Shown: piece after piece, positions 1 through 11,029 of the stretch | How the letters are laid out: every line of letters begins with the position of its first letter | How positions within the stretch are numbered: the stretch's first letter is position 1 | Assembly: GCF_000195855.1 (NCBI RefSeq) | Contig: NC_002677.1 | Location: 2,760,001 to 2,792,000, forward strand | Source: Mycobacterium leprae TN | GTDB taxonomy: Bacteria > Actinomycetota > Actinomycetes > Mycobacteriales > Mycobacteriaceae | Direction: 5' to 3' | DNA: 32,000 nucleotides | The notes under the pieces: model-generated | What the model was told of the DNA's origin: nothing | The model's database searches: none | Seen by the model: only the letters and a program-made list of their open reading frames with translations | Translations under genes and position numbers: made by a program

Positions 1-556
1 CCCGGATAGACGAGCGCAAACGCCGCGCGCAGCCGTCGTGTATCCGAGTACCGCTTGGCAAAGAACAGCACATTTTCGCACGAAAACAGGGTCTACCCGC
101 ATGAGAGCGTCGAGCCGCGCCACCGCCTGCCAGCGTAGCAGATGCCGACCGCGGTCATACGCCGTGCTGGCCAACGTAGTGACGGGCAGCCCCGGGGGGC
201 CGACACGGTTGATCTGGTCGTCGGCCACGGCCTCGCTGCAAGACGATAAGGCCGCGTTGTGGCCGGGTGCTGGGCCCGATCAATTCGACAGCAAAGCCGT
301 CGTCCACCCACTGCGCACAATCAATCGAGGAAGCAGCGGCGCCGGCAAGGACAGCCTTTGACCGCACGAGGCCAGCCAGACGCCGGTAACGCAGCCGCGC
401 AGCGTGGGTGCCAGAACACCTCGGCACGTAAATGCCGGGGTAGATCGCGTAATGCCAGTGCTGAAGTTCATATATGGCCATCCGACCAGCGTTAATGACC
501 TCACATGCTAATAAAGACGTTCCGCATGACAAGCATGCTAACACCGCCATCGACAT
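1..556 (-). pseudogene. Frameshifted remnant of a conserved hypothetical protein (occupies the Rv3714c position next to recR); 3' end runs off the left edge
   Basis: The frame of ORF 155..556 reads INAGRMAIYELQHWHYAIYPGIYVP...AVLAGAAASSIDCAQWVDDGFAVELIGPS. The protein-like continuation (SEAVADDQINRVGPPGLPVTTLASTAYDRGRHLLRWQAVARLDALMRV) lies in another minus frame that is open from 279 to position 1. A frame switch near 240-280 is therefore needed to join them. Confidence 0.4.
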
Positions 557-608
557 TCCCCAGATCGACGTTTTGCAGATAAAACCCGAGAAAGCACCTG
601 CAAACGTC

Positions 609-631
609 GATTTCGGCGAAACGCCGAAATC
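609..631 (-). terminator. Perfect 10-bp stem / 3-nt loop hairpin overlapping the recR stop codon; candidate tail-less intrinsic terminator
   Basis: gatttcggcg aaa cgccgaaatc is a perfect inverted repeat at 609-618 / 622-631. No U-tract follows on the minus strand. Confidence 0.35.
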
Positions 632-1241
632 AGACCATCGTTCGCCGGCCGGTCAGCGCACGGCCGAGTGTCAGCTCGTCGGCGAATTCCAGGTCGCCGC
701 CCATCGGCAAGCCGGACGCGATCCGCGTCACGGTCAAGCCGGGCATATCGCGCAGCATCCGAACCAAATAGGTGGCGGTTGCCTCACCCTCGGTATTGGG
801 GTCGGTGGCAATGATCACCTCTGTAATGCCCACATCGTCGACCCGCTCACCGATGCGGCTTAGCAACTCGCGGATCCGCAGCTGCTCGGGACCAATTCCG
901 GATAGCGGATCAAGCGCACCGCCCAACACGTGATAGCGGCCGCGGAATTCGCGGGTGCGCTCCACGGCCTGGACATCTTTCGGTTCCTCAACCACGCACA
1001 CCACAGATGCATCTCGACGGGTATCAGAACAAATTCTGCATCGCTCGTCGTCAGATACATTGCCGCACACCGTACAGAACCGCACGTCATCGCGAACCTT
1101 TACCAACACGGCTGTCAACCGGTCGATATCTTGCGGTTCCACTGATAACAGGTGAAAGGCGATGCGCTGCGCGCTTTTAGGTCCAATACCAGGCAGCTTG
1201 CCAAGCTCGTCAATCAGATTCTGGACCGGCCCCTCAAACAC
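630..1241 (-). CDS. recR: Recombination protein RecR
   Basis: The 203-aa ORF starts [32 protein letters not shown] (helix-hairpin-helix). It also has the C4 zinc motif [16 protein letters not shown] and a Toprim region. It starts 11 nt after the ybaB stop. Confidence 0.97.
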   Translation of the reverse strand: MFEGPVQNLIDELGKLPGIGPKSAQRIAFHLLSVEPQDIDRLTAVLVKVRDDVRFCTVCGNVSDDERCRICSDTRRDASVVCVVEEPKDVQAVERTREFRGRYHVLGGALDPLSGIGPEQLRIRELLSRIGERVDDVGITEVIIATDPNTEGEATATYLVRMLRDMPGLTVTRIASGLPMGGDLEFADELTLGRALTGRRTMV

Positions 1242-1252
1242 GTCGATGCAAT

Positions 1253-1603
1253 TCAGGTTCCTGCCATGTAAGTCGGTGGGGTCGGTGGCGGTGCCGTCGG
1301 ACGCATGGCGCTGGTCAACGCTCCCAAACGCTCCTGAGCCAGTTTGGTGACTTGCTTAGAAGCATCAGCCATCGCGCCGACGATCAGGTCCTGCAAGGTC
1401 TCAATATCGCCAGGGTCGACGACTTTAGGATCGATAGCGACACTAACCACTTCTCCACTGCCTTTGACGACGACCTCGACCAAGCCCCCACCACCCTGAC
1501 CATGCACCTGCGCGTTCGCGAGCTGTTGTTGGGTTTCCAGTAGCTTCTGCTGCATCTGCTGCGCCTGGGCGAGCAGCGCCGACATATCACCTCCGGGTTG
1601 CAT
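1253..1603 (-). CDS. ybaB: YbaB/EbfC-family nucleoid-associated protein (Rv3716c-like)
   Basis: The 116-aa ORF has the typical Q-rich N-terminus ([19 protein letters not shown]) and the core [31 protein letters not shown] Shine-Dalgarno lies 5 nt upstream of the ATG. The ybaB-recR pairing is conserved. Confidence 0.95.
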   Translation of the reverse strand: MQPGGDMSALLAQAQQMQQKLLETQQQLANAQVHGQGGGGLVEVVVKGSGEVVSVAIDPKVVDPGDIETLQDLIVGAMADASKQVTKLAQERLGALTSAMRPTAPPPTPPTYMAGT

Positions 1604-1702
1604 GACAGCTCCCTCGCATCTTGGTCTCGAATTGGTTTCGCCTACAGATATTAGGGCGATTTGAAATTTCGAGTTTAGACTGCACCAGGCTATCTTTGCG
1701 CC

Positions 1703-2473
1703 GTGAACACACGAGTTAGCCTCCGTATCGGGTTCCGAATGGTCGTAGGCCTATTAGTAGCGGCCTTAACGACAATCACCCCGACCGCGGTAGCCTATCC
1801 CTCTAATCCCGCCAATATAGCTGGCATGATCGTGTTCATCGATCCTGGCCACAACGGCTCCAATGACGCATCCATCAGCCGTCAGGTACCCACCGGTCGT
1901 GGCGGCACCAAAGACTGCCAGGCCAGCGGCACGTCGACGAACAGTGGCTATCCGGAGCACACCTTTACCTGGGACACCGCACTGCAGGTGCGCGCCGCGT
2001 TGGACGGCCTGGGTGTGCGGACCGCCCTGTCACGCGGAGACGACACTGGGCTGGGTCCGTGCGTAGACGCACGGGCCAACATGGCCAATGCGTTGCACCC
2101 CAATGCCTCCGTCAGCCTGCACGGCGACGGAGGTCCGGCGTCCGGTCGGGGCTTTCACGTCATCTATTCTGCCCCGCCGCTCAACCCGGTGCAGGCCGGG
2201 CCATCGGTGCAGTTCGCCCGAATCATGCGCGACCAGCTACAGGCCTCGGGCATTCCTCCGGCTAACTACATTGGCCAGAGCGGTCTGTGCGGACGCTCAG
2301 ATTTGGCTGGCCTGAATCTGGCACAATATTCGTCGATCCTGATCGAGTTGGGCAACATGAAGAATCCAGCGGACTCGGCACTAATGGAGTCGTCAGAAGG
2401 CAGGAAGAAATACGCCGACGCCGTGGTCCGCGGCGTCGAGGGCTTCCTTGCCACCCAGAGCCGAGCGCGCTGA
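1703..2473 (+). CDS. Secreted N-acetylmuramoyl-L-alanine amidase (Amidase_3, Rv3717/Ami1-like)
   Basis: There is a hydrophobic signal-like N-terminus, then [14 protein letters not shown] and [10 protein letters not shown] motifs typical of zinc Amidase_3. The track start is GTG 1703. An alternative ATG at 1739 gives [12 protein letters not shown]. Confidence 0.9.
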   Translation: MNTRVSLRIGFRMVVGLLVAALTTITPTAVAYPSNPANIAGMIVFIDPGHNGSNDASISRQVPTGRGGTKDCQASGTSTNSGYPEHTFTWDTALQVRAALDGLGVRTALSRGDDTGLGPCVDARANMANALHPNASVSLHGDGGPASGRGFHVIYSAPPLNPVQAGPSVQFARIMRDQLQASGIPPANYIGQSGLCGRSDLAGLNLAQYSSILIELGNMKNPADSALMESSEGRKKYADAVVRGVEGFLATQSRAR

Positions 2474-2488
2474 ACTCCCGCCGTGGGA

Positions 2489-2926
2489 CTAGCGCTCCAG
2501 CTCGTTCTTCAGGTTAGCTAACACCTCGGCCTGGATCTTCTTAAGCCCCAGCGGCGCAAAGGTCTTTTCAAAAAAGCCTTTGACACCGCCCGCACCGGTC
2601 CAGGCCGTCTTCATCGTCACGCTGGATCCCGGTCCCGCAGGAGCAACCGTCCAGCTAGTTACCATCGACGAGTTCGCATCCTTCTCAATGACGGTGTGGC
2701 CAGCGACATCAACGTTGACCTGCACATCGCGAACACGTGATCTGGTGACCTGCAACTTCCACTTCACGACGGTGCCCGGCCCTTGACCGCCCTGCACCAC
2801 CTGATACTCGTTATACTGCGGTGATAAAATTTTCGGGCGCATCTTCTGATAGTCCGCTACCGCAGCAAGCGTGGCTACGGGCTCAACATTGACCAAGATT
2901 GTGCTGACTGCGCTCACCGGTCCCAT
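2489..2926 (-). CDS. SRPBCC / polyketide-cyclase-like conserved protein (Rv3718c-like)
   Basis: The ORF is open to 2965 (158 aa). The internal ATG at 2926 (MGPVSAVSTILVNVEP...) avoids overlap with the divergent gene and gives about 145 aa. It is a small beta-rich protein with no stops. Confidence 0.75.
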   Translation of the reverse strand: MGPVSAVSTILVNVEPVATLAAVADYQKMRPKILSPQYNEYQVVQGGQGPGTVVKWKLQVTRSRVRDVQVNVDVAGHTVIEKDANSSMVTSWTVAPAGPGSSVTMKTAWTGAGGVKGFFEKTFAPLGLKKIQAEVLANLKNELER

Positions 2927-3014
2927 TAGGCGCGACTCCTCTGTTGTGATTACGATGCCCCGCACTTGGCCATTAAGACCGGTTCGGGGATTGTGGTCGG
3001 AGACTAGGATATAT

Positions 3015-4394
3015 ATGGTGTCTGTCCAAGAATCTGCACTGGTTGTCTACACATCTGGCGTCAAGCGGTTGGTGGCGAGCTATAGATCTATCCCCGCCAC
3101 GTCGCCCGTACGACTCGCCAAGCCCACCTCAAACCTGTTCCGCACCCGTGCTAAACGCGATGCACCCGGCTTGGATGCATCGGGGCTGACCGGTGTCATA
3201 GGTATCGACACCGAAGCTCGCACCGCCGACGTGGCCGGTATGTGCACCTACGAGGACCTGGTAGCCGCAACCTTGCCTTACGGTCTTTTGCCACTGGTGG
3301 TTCCGCAACTCAAGACTATCACCCTCGGCGGTGCAGTCACCGGGCTGGGCATCGAATCGGCCTCGTTTCGCAATGGCTTACCACACGAATCGGTGCTGGA
3401 AATGGATATCCTCACCGGCGCTGGAGAATTGCTCACAGTATCTGCAAACCAGCACGGCGACCTGTACCGTGCCTTCCCCAATTCCTATGGTACGTTAGGA
3501 TATTCAACACGGTTTCGGATCTCCCTGGAACCTGTAACCCCCTTTGTAGCACTGCGACACATCCGATTTCACTTGTTGACCGAGATGGTCACGGCGATGG
3601 AAAACATCATCGACACCGGCGGACACGATGGCGTCCCAGTCGATTATCTGGACGGTGTGGTGTTCAGTGCTAACGAAAGCTACCTATGCATCGGTAAACG
3701 GACCACAACCCCGGGACCTGTCAGCGACTACACCGGACAACACATCTACTACCGGTCGATCCAACACGATAACGAAGTTAAAGAAGACCGGTTGACGATC
3801 CACGACTACGTGTGGCGCTGGGACACCGACTGGTTTTGGTGCTCTCGCGCATTTGGCGCGCAGAACCAGCAACTGCGGCGCTGGTGGCCGCGACGCTACC
3901 GGCGTAGTAGCGTGTATTGGAAGCTGATGGCTGCCGACCGACGCTTTGGCATCGTTGACCGGATCGAGGCGCGCAATGGCCGTCCACTGCGAGAGCGGGT
4001 GGTGCAGGACGTCGAGCTGCCGATCGAACGGACCTGCGAGTTCTTGGAGTGGTTCCTAGGCAGTGTGCCCATTGCTCCGATCTGGTTGTGCCCGTTGCGG
4101 CTTCGCGACCACAACAGTTGGCCGCTGTATCCGATCCAACCGGACCACAGCTACGTCAACGTTGGGTTCTGGTCCTCGGTGCCGGCTGGCGCCACCGAGG
4201 GTGAGACCAATAGGACAATCGAGGCCAAGGTCAGTGCGCTCGATGGGCACAAGTCGTTGTATTCCGATTCCTTTTATACCCGTGAGGAATTTAACGAGCT
4301 TTACGGCGGAGAGTCCTACAATGCTGTGAAGAAAATATATGACCCTGATTCACGTCTCCTTGACCTTTATGCAAAGGTGGTGCAACGACGATGA
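3015..4394 (+). CDS. FAD-binding (PCMH-type) oxidoreductase, Rv3719-like; candidate BfaA-type 10-methylene fatty-acyl reductase
   Basis: The track ORF starts at 2871, but its first 48 codons overlap the opposite-strand gene. The ATG at 3015 (MVSVQESALVVYTSG) gives 459 aa. The FAD-binding region is LVVPQLKTITLGGAVTGLGIESASFRNG. The stop overlaps the next start (ATGA at 4391-4394). Confidence 0.85.
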   Translation: MVSVQESALVVYTSGVKRLVASYRSIPATSPVRLAKPTSNLFRTRAKRDAPGLDASGLTGVIGIDTEARTADVAGMCTYEDLVAATLPYGLLPLVVPQLKTITLGGAVTGLGIESASFRNGLPHESVLEMDILTGAGELLTVSANQHGDLYRAFPNSYGTLGYSTRFRISLEPVTPFVALRHIRFHLLTEMVTAMENIIDTGGHDGVPVDYLDGVVFSANESYLCIGKRTTTPGPVSDYTGQHIYYRSIQHDNEVKEDRLTIHDYVWRWDTDWFWCSRAFGAQNQQLRRWWPRRYRRSSVYWKLMAADRRFGIVDRIEARNGRPLRERVVQDVELPIERTCEFLEWFLGSVPIAPIWLCPLRLRDHNSWPLYPIQPDHSYVNVGFWSSVPAGATEGETNRTIEAKVSALDGHKSLYSDSFYTREEFNELYGGESYNAVKKIYDPDSRLLDLYAKVVQRR

Positions 4395-5710
4395 CCACAA
4401 CCAAAGATTCCGAGCGTTTCACCCAAATTTCTAGTGGCAAACTGACCATGGCCGAAATTCTGGGGATCTTGACCGCAACTGGGCAACAACCGCTGAAATT
4501 CACCGCATATGACGGCAGCACCGCAGGCCACGATGATGCCGAAATAGGTCTGGATCTATGCAGCCCCCGCGGCGCCACCTACTTGGCCACGGCTCCCGGT
4601 GAACTCGGTATTGCGCGCGCATATGTAGCCGGTGACCTGCAGGCCCGCGGTGTCCATCCCGGTGATCCCTACACGCTGCTCAAAACACTGACCGACAGAG
4701 TCCAATTCAAACGTCCGTCACTGCGCGTACTAGCCAGTGTCGTCCGCTCGCTTGGTGTTGAGCATTTGCTGCCAATCGCACCGCCTCCGCAGGAGACACC
4801 GCCTCGGTGGCGCCGGATCACTGACGGCCTGCTGCACAGCAAGACTCGTGACGCCGAGGCCATCCGCCATCACTACGACGTTTCCAACCGGTTCTACGAA
4901 TGGGTGCTCGGACCCTCAATGACATACACTTGCGCAGTTTATCCGAATGCCGAAGCGACGTTAGAGGAGGCACAGGAGAACAAATACAGGCTGATTTTCG
5001 AGAAGCTGCGGCTGCAGCCCGGTGACAGGCTGCTCGATGTCGGCTGCGGCTGGGGCGGCATGGTGCGCTACGCCGCCCGCCGCGGGGTCCGGGTCATCGG
5101 TGCGACGCTGTCAGCCGAACAAGCGAAGTGGGCTCGGAAAGCGATTGACAACGAAGGGTTGGCAGAGATAGCACAAGTGCGGTATTCCGACTATCGTGAC
5201 ATACGAGAGACGGAATTCGACGCCGTTTCGTCAATCGGACTGACCGAGCACATCGGTGTCAAGAATTACCCCGCCTACTTCAACTTTCTGAAGTTGAAGT
5301 TGCGCACTGGCGGCTTGCTACTTAATCACTGCATAACCCGACGCGACAACAAGTCGACCTCCTTTGCCGGTGGATTTACCGACCGTTACGTCTTCCCCGA
5401 CGGGGAGCTAACAGGCTCGGGACGCATTACCACCGAAATCCAAGAGGTCGGTTTAGAAGTGCTGCACGAAGAGAACTTCCGCCATCACTACGCGATGACA
5501 CTGCGCGACTGGTGCCACAACCTGGTCGAGCATTGGGAAGACGCCGTTGCCGAAGTCGGCCTACCCATAGCCAAGGTCTGGGGTTTGTATATGGCGGCGT
5601 CGCGTGTGGCTTTTGAACAAAACAACCTCCAGCTGCATCACATACTGGCGACAAAGGTTGACGTCTGGGGTGACAACAGCCTACCGACACGGCCTTGGTG
5701 GACACCTTAG
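4391..5710 (+). CDS. Cyclopropane-fatty-acyl-phospholipid-synthase-like SAM methyltransferase (Rv3720-like; candidate BfaB/Cfa tuberculostearic acid methyltransferase)
   Basis: The 439-aa ORF has SAM motif I LLDVGCGWGGM and a CMAS-family signature (HYDVSNRFYEWVLGPSMTYTCAVY). A 4-nt ATGA overlap couples it to the upstream oxidoreductase. Confidence 0.9.
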   Translation: MTTTKDSERFTQISSGKLTMAEILGILTATGQQPLKFTAYDGSTAGHDDAEIGLDLCSPRGATYLATAPGELGIARAYVAGDLQARGVHPGDPYTLLKTLTDRVQFKRPSLRVLASVVRSLGVEHLLPIAPPPQETPPRWRRITDGLLHSKTRDAEAIRHHYDVSNRFYEWVLGPSMTYTCAVYPNAEATLEEAQENKYRLIFEKLRLQPGDRLLDVGCGWGGMVRYAARRGVRVIGATLSAEQAKWARKAIDNEGLAEIAQVRYSDYRDIRETEFDAVSSIGLTEHIGVKNYPAYFNFLKLKLRTGGLLLNHCITRRDNKSTSFAGGFTDRYVFPDGELTGSGRITTEIQEVGLEVLHEENFRHHYAMTLRDWCHNLVEHWEDAVAEVGLPIAKVWGLYMAASRVAFEQNNLQLHHILATKVDVWGDNSLPTRPWWTP

Positions 5711-7542
5711 TCTTCAACCGCGTCAGTCAGCCATTTATCGATACGGCGGGCACCCAGTTCGTTTTGCAACAGTTCGAGCGCAACCTCTTCCAGGTCGGGA
5801 CGCGGTGCTGACAGGTCTCTACGCCCGGGTTCAGCTAGCATGCCCTCATCTTCATACTGCTGGGCAGAAGCCACGTCAAGGACAGGAACTTTCTCCTGGG
5901 TAGGCAGCGCAACCATTCCCTCGCAAGCGGGTAGTGCACCCACAGCAGGCACGGGTACGCCGGCCTCGCATCGCACCCGCCAGTTCACACCCAGCGCGTC
6001 TTTGAGCGCTTCGGCGATAACATCTACGTTGTGCTGTTCAGACAGCCGCTTGGCCAGTGGCGCCGATCCGTGGGTCAAAATCAAGGTGTTGTCCTCAACC
6101 GCGCGGACGGTCGCGCCCGCCAGCATCACCTCGGTAGTGCGGCTGCGCTGGCGCACCTTCTCACGCACCGTCGACCACATGGTTCGTACCGCGGCCGCAT
6201 TGGGTGCACCCATGCCAGGGGTTGGTTCAGCGGCAGCCTGTGGCGTAGCCAGTTTGGAAGACTGAGCATCCGGAGCGGGCTGGGAATCCGGGGAAGCCAG
6301 GAAAGGCTGGTGAGGGAGACTAGGTTGGGCAGCCTTCTCGGCGGGCGCTGACTGAAGCGGGTATGCTGCCCTGGCAGCGGGGATCGACATGTTCAGCCGG
6401 GTCTCGATTCGCTCGACCCGTTGCAGCAATGCCGACTCGGCGTCCGTGGCCGAAGGCAGCAACAGCCGCGCGCAAACCACTTCGAGAAGCAGACGCGGCG
6501 CCGTTGCACCACGCATCTCCCCCAACCCGGAGTGTACCACCTCGGCGTAACGGGTCAACGTCGCCGGTCCGATTCGGACAGCTTGCTCCCGCATCCGGTC
6601 TAACACATCCTCCGAAGCATCCACCACACCACGGGCTGCCGCATCAGGAACCGCCTGCAGGACGATGAGATCGCGGAATCGCTCTAGCAAATCAGTAGCA
6701 AAACGCCGTGGATCGTGGCCGGCATCAATCACCGATTCGACCGCACCAAACAATGCTGCCGCATCGTGAGCCCCGAGTGCATCGACAGCGTCGTCTATAA
6801 GTCCAACGTCGGTGGCACCTAGCAACTTCAGCGCCCGCTGGTAGGTCACGTGCTCGCCTTCCGCGCCAGCCACCAGCTGATCCAACACTGACAGCGTGTC
6901 CCGGGGGGAACCTCCACCGGCCCGGATGACCAGAGGGTACACCGCATCGTCGACGACGACGCCCTCCTGCGCACAGATGCGCCCGACCAAAGCCCGCATG
7001 GTGCGTGGCGACAGCAGCCTAAATGGGTAATGATGGGTGCGCGATCGAATCGTCGGCAGCACCTTCTCCGGCTCGGTGGTGGCGAAGATGAAGATCAAGT
7101 GGTCGGGCGGTTCCTCGACGATCTTGAGTAGCGCGTTAAAGCCGGCGGTGGTCACCATGTGCGCTTCGTCGACAATGAACACACGGTACCGTGACTGGGC
7201 CGGCGCGTAGAACGCGCGGTCGCGCAGCTCACGAGTGTCGTCCACGCCGCCGTGGCTGGCGGCGTCAAGCTCCACCACGTCGATGTGGCCGGGCGCGTTG
7301 GGCGCCAAAGACAAGCATGATTCGCATACACCACACGGCGTGGCCGTGGTCCCCTGCGCACAATTAAGCGACCGCGCCAGAATGCGCGCCGAAGAGGTCT
7401 TTCCACAGCCACGCGGCCCGGAGAACAAGTAAGCATGGTTGATCCTTCCGGCTTCCAAAGCGATAGACAGCGGCTCGGTGACATGTTCTTGCCCCACCAC
7501 CTCAGCGAAAGCTGCCGGTCGATACTTGCGGTACAGAGTCAC
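5707..7542 (-). CDS. dnaX: DNA polymerase III subunit gamma/tau
   Basis: The 611-aa ORF starts MTLYRKYRPAAFAEVVGQEHV. It has Walker A GPRGCGKTS, the zinc module CAQGTTATPCGVCESC and Walker B FIVDEAHM, plus a proline/alanine-rich linker. It has a GTG start. Its stop codon overlaps the convergent methyltransferase stop by 4 nt. Confidence 0.97.
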   Translation of the reverse strand: MTLYRKYRPAAFAEVVGQEHVTEPLSIALEAGRINHAYLFSGPRGCGKTSSARILARSLNCAQGTTATPCGVCESCLSLAPNAPGHIDVVELDAASHGGVDDTRELRDRAFYAPAQSRYRVFIVDEAHMVTTAGFNALLKIVEEPPDHLIFIFATTEPEKVLPTIRSRTHHYPFRLLSPRTMRALVGRICAQEGVVVDDAVYPLVIRAGGGSPRDTLSVLDQLVAGAEGEHVTYQRALKLLGATDVGLIDDAVDALGAHDAAALFGAVESVIDAGHDPRRFATDLLERFRDLIVLQAVPDAAARGVVDASEDVLDRMREQAVRIGPATLTRYAEVVHSGLGEMRGATAPRLLLEVVCARLLLPSATDAESALLQRVERIETRLNMSIPAARAAYPLQSAPAEKAAQPSLPHQPFLASPDSQPAPDAQSSKLATPQAAAEPTPGMGAPNAAAVRTMWSTVREKVRQRSRTTEVMLAGATVRAVEDNTLILTHGSAPLAKRLSEQHNVDVIAEALKDALGVNWRVRCEAGVPVPAVGALPACEGMVALPTQEKVPVLDVASAQQYEDEGMLAEPGRRDLSAPRPDLEEVALELLQNELGARRIDKWLTDAVED

Positions 7543-7585
7543 GTCAGCAGGCTACTCAGGTCCAATGACGATGCGAACCCCGGAG

Positions 7586-7606
7586 GGTCCGCCTAAGGGG
7601 CGGGCC
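7586..7606 (-). terminator. GC-rich hairpin about 45 nt downstream of the aminotransferase stop; candidate terminator
   Basis: ggtccgcc taagg ggcgggcc forms an 8-bp stem with one G-U pair. There is no U-tract. Confidence 0.3.
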
Positions 7607-7651
7607 GGTCAAGCCGAACCGCTGACTAACGACCGGCCGACCTCGAGTACG

Positions 7652-9118
<1,467 letters not shown>

Positions 9119-9252
9119 CAAGAGTCTAATACCGCGGCGACCGCAAGTGTGGCGCAGCCAGGTGCAACTGATCGTCACGGTATTACCTTGGGTTGGAGCG
9201 GGCGACGAAGGCCGCAACACACGCGACCCGGCCCAGCGGCTACCATAGCCAC

Positions 9253-9338
9253 GGAGGATTCGCCTAGTGGCCTATGGCGCTCGCCTGGAACGCGGGTTGG
9301 GTTAACAGCCCTCGCGGGTTCAAATCCCGCATCCTCCG
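9253..9338 (+). tRNA. tRNA-Ser (anticodon GGA), class II with long variable arm
   Basis: It folds by hand into a cloverleaf. The acceptor is GGAGGAT/ATCCTCC and the D arm is GCC..GGC. The anticodon stem CTCGC/GCGGG carries the loop CTGGAAC. The variable stem is GGGTT-AAC-AGCCC and the T arm is GCGGG TTCAAAT CCCGC. The discriminator is G and CCA is not encoded. Confidence 0.95.
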
Positions 9339-9441
9339 CACTCGGTCGTTGTTTCACCAGACACGACCATGTTCGATACCGTTTCTGAAGTCGGGTTCGT
9401 CACTTTTAGGACGGCTTGAAGTCACCAGCACGAGGAGGGGT

Positions 9442-10194
9442 ATGGGATACAAGGTCGCCACGCTGTGGCACGCGTCATTTTCGATTGGCGCTGGCGTCCT
9501 CTACTTCTATTTCGTGCTGCCCCGCTGGCCGGAGCTGATAGGCGAGACCACGCACACGTTGGGAACAACACTACGCATCGTGACAGGCGTGCTGTTCGGC
9601 CTGGCCGCACTGCCAGTGGTTTTCACGCTGTTGCGCAGCCAAACATCCGAGCTCGGCATCCCGCAGCTGGCACTGTCCATCAGGACCTGGTCGATCGTGG
9701 CCCACGTGCTGTCCGGGGTACTAATCGTGAGCACCGCAATCGGCGAGATCTGGCTCAGCAGCGATACCGCTGTCCAGTGTTTGTTCGGAATTTATGGAGC
9801 TGCTGCAGCCAGTGCGGTACTCGGCTTCGTCGCTTTCTATTTGTCGTTCGTCGCCGCGCTGCCGCCGCCATCGCCGAAACCGGTCAAACTGAAGAAAGCC
9901 AACCAGCGACGTATTCGCCGGCGGAAAGGCCGCAAGGACAACGAGGCTGAGGATGAAGAAGCCGATGCTGGCGAGCACAACGAGGCCGAAACGCCAGCGC
10001 AGGCCGAAGAGGTCACCTCGGAGAACCCACAGCCAGCACCCGAATCAGGGGCACAGAAAGAACCTGACGAACTCCTAGCCAACAAGACCGAAGAGACCGA
10101 CGAACCTCGGCGCGGACTGCACAACCGCCGCCCGACCGGCAAAGTGTCACATCAGCGTAGGCGTGCACGCAGCGGGATCGCGGTCGAGAATTAA
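9442..10194 (+). CDS. Conserved integral membrane protein (Rv3723-like) with charged, low-complexity C-terminal tail
   Basis: The track ORF starts at 9274, inside the tRNA. The ATG at 9442 (MGYKVATLWHASFSIGAGVLYFYFVL) is preceded by GAGGAGGGG. There are four to five hydrophobic segments, then a K/R/E/D-rich tail. Confidence 0.8.
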   Translation: MGYKVATLWHASFSIGAGVLYFYFVLPRWPELIGETTHTLGTTLRIVTGVLFGLAALPVVFTLLRSQTSELGIPQLALSIRTWSIVAHVLSGVLIVSTAIGEIWLSSDTAVQCLFGIYGAAAASAVLGFVAFYLSFVAALPPPSPKPVKLKKANQRRIRRRKGRKDNEAEDEEADAGEHNEAETPAQAEEVTSENPQPAPESGAQKEPDELLANKTEETDEPRRGLHNRRPTGKVSHQRRRARSGIAVEN

Positions 10195-10199
10195 CGGCC

Positions 10200-10925
10200 C
10201 AACTTTGCAGTCAATCGCAGCGCCGCAGGTGCTCAACAGAGTTGGCGATACGCTAACGCGTGTGGCCCCCACAGTTGACTGAACCTCGTGGTCAATACTG
10301 GCCCAGCCTCGCGAATTCGGGCCAACGTAGGAGAGCGCAGCTGAGCTTTCGTATGCCGATAGACATCGACTGAAATATCGCCAAGGTCTGACGCTTTAGC
10401 AACGGCCACCTAGACGAGATCTTCGGTGACCGCGCGGGGGCAAGTCCAACCTCGAACAACCTCTAGCCCGTCGATAAATACGACCACCAAGCAGCACCCT
10501 ATCCGCACGCGCAACACACAACCTCAAAGGCGGGCCGACGGAAACAGCACTCCGATACGCACCTCTGACGCACCGATCTGCTCATCGGAGCTCAATAGGC
10601 AACAGTTGCCACACGCAGACCAGCAACACACCAGCCCGCGATAGCGGCACGCATTGATTGCGTCCGCGGTCGGCCCCGGATAGCAAAACATAGCCTCAAA
10701 CACATGGGACTAGAGTCGGCATCATCCTATCGATGTAGCCAACCCCGCCCCGCAATATGCGGTTGAGCTCACTTCCAGCTCAGGACACCCAACTAGCTAC
10801 CTGCGACTACGAATACCTCGACGCCAGAACATTGCAACTCGCTGATGGCCTCACTCAGCTCGTCCAGCAACTCAACGTCGAGAGCATTAACGCTCCCCAA
10901 CGAAAGATTAAGTAATCGCACCATT
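10200..10925 (-). pseudogene. Enoyl-CoA hydratase/isomerase (crotonase)-like pseudogene
   Basis: The minus strand from 10925 reads MVRLLNLSLGSVNALDVELLDELSEAISELQCSGVEVFVVAGS then a stop. Further on come AAIAGWCVAG and other crotonase-like stretches, broken by several stops and frame changes. Confidence 0.4.
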
Positions 10926-11029
10926 CCCACGGTTTAGATCTCAATCAATGACACATTCCAGCGTTGCTCCTGGCTAACCCCAATTCCCGGTTGCAGACTC
11001 GGAACCAATGCTACTAACGGTGGGCGAGT

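Noticed and set aside
2871..3014. First 48 codons of the 507-aa oxidoreductase ORF
   Set aside because: They overlap the 5' end of the divergent SRPBCC gene on the other strand and have no protein-like composition. The ATG at 3015 fits the homologue length.
5840..7484. Multiple 60-140-aa ORFs on both strands inside dnaX (e.g. 5840..6265 +, 6363..6668 +, 7152..7484 -)
   Set aside because: These are shadow ORFs typical of GC-rich DNA. They are Arg/Ala/Pro/Ser-rich and fully nested in a confidently identified gene.
5707..7542. Programmed -1 frameshift site (A AAA AAG type) in dnaX producing gamma
   Set aside because: I found no A-rich slippery heptamer on the coding strand, so I make no claim of frameshifting.
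9274..9441. N-terminal 56 codons of the 306-aa track ORF for the membrane protein
   Set aside because: The extension is translated straight through the tRNA-Ser gene (9253-9338). A strong SD plus ATG at 9442 gives the expected ~250-aa protein.
10426..10644. 72-aa ORF rich in T, Q, P and R
   Set aside because: It is low-complexity and lies antisense to the crotonase-like relic, so it is almost certainly non-coding.
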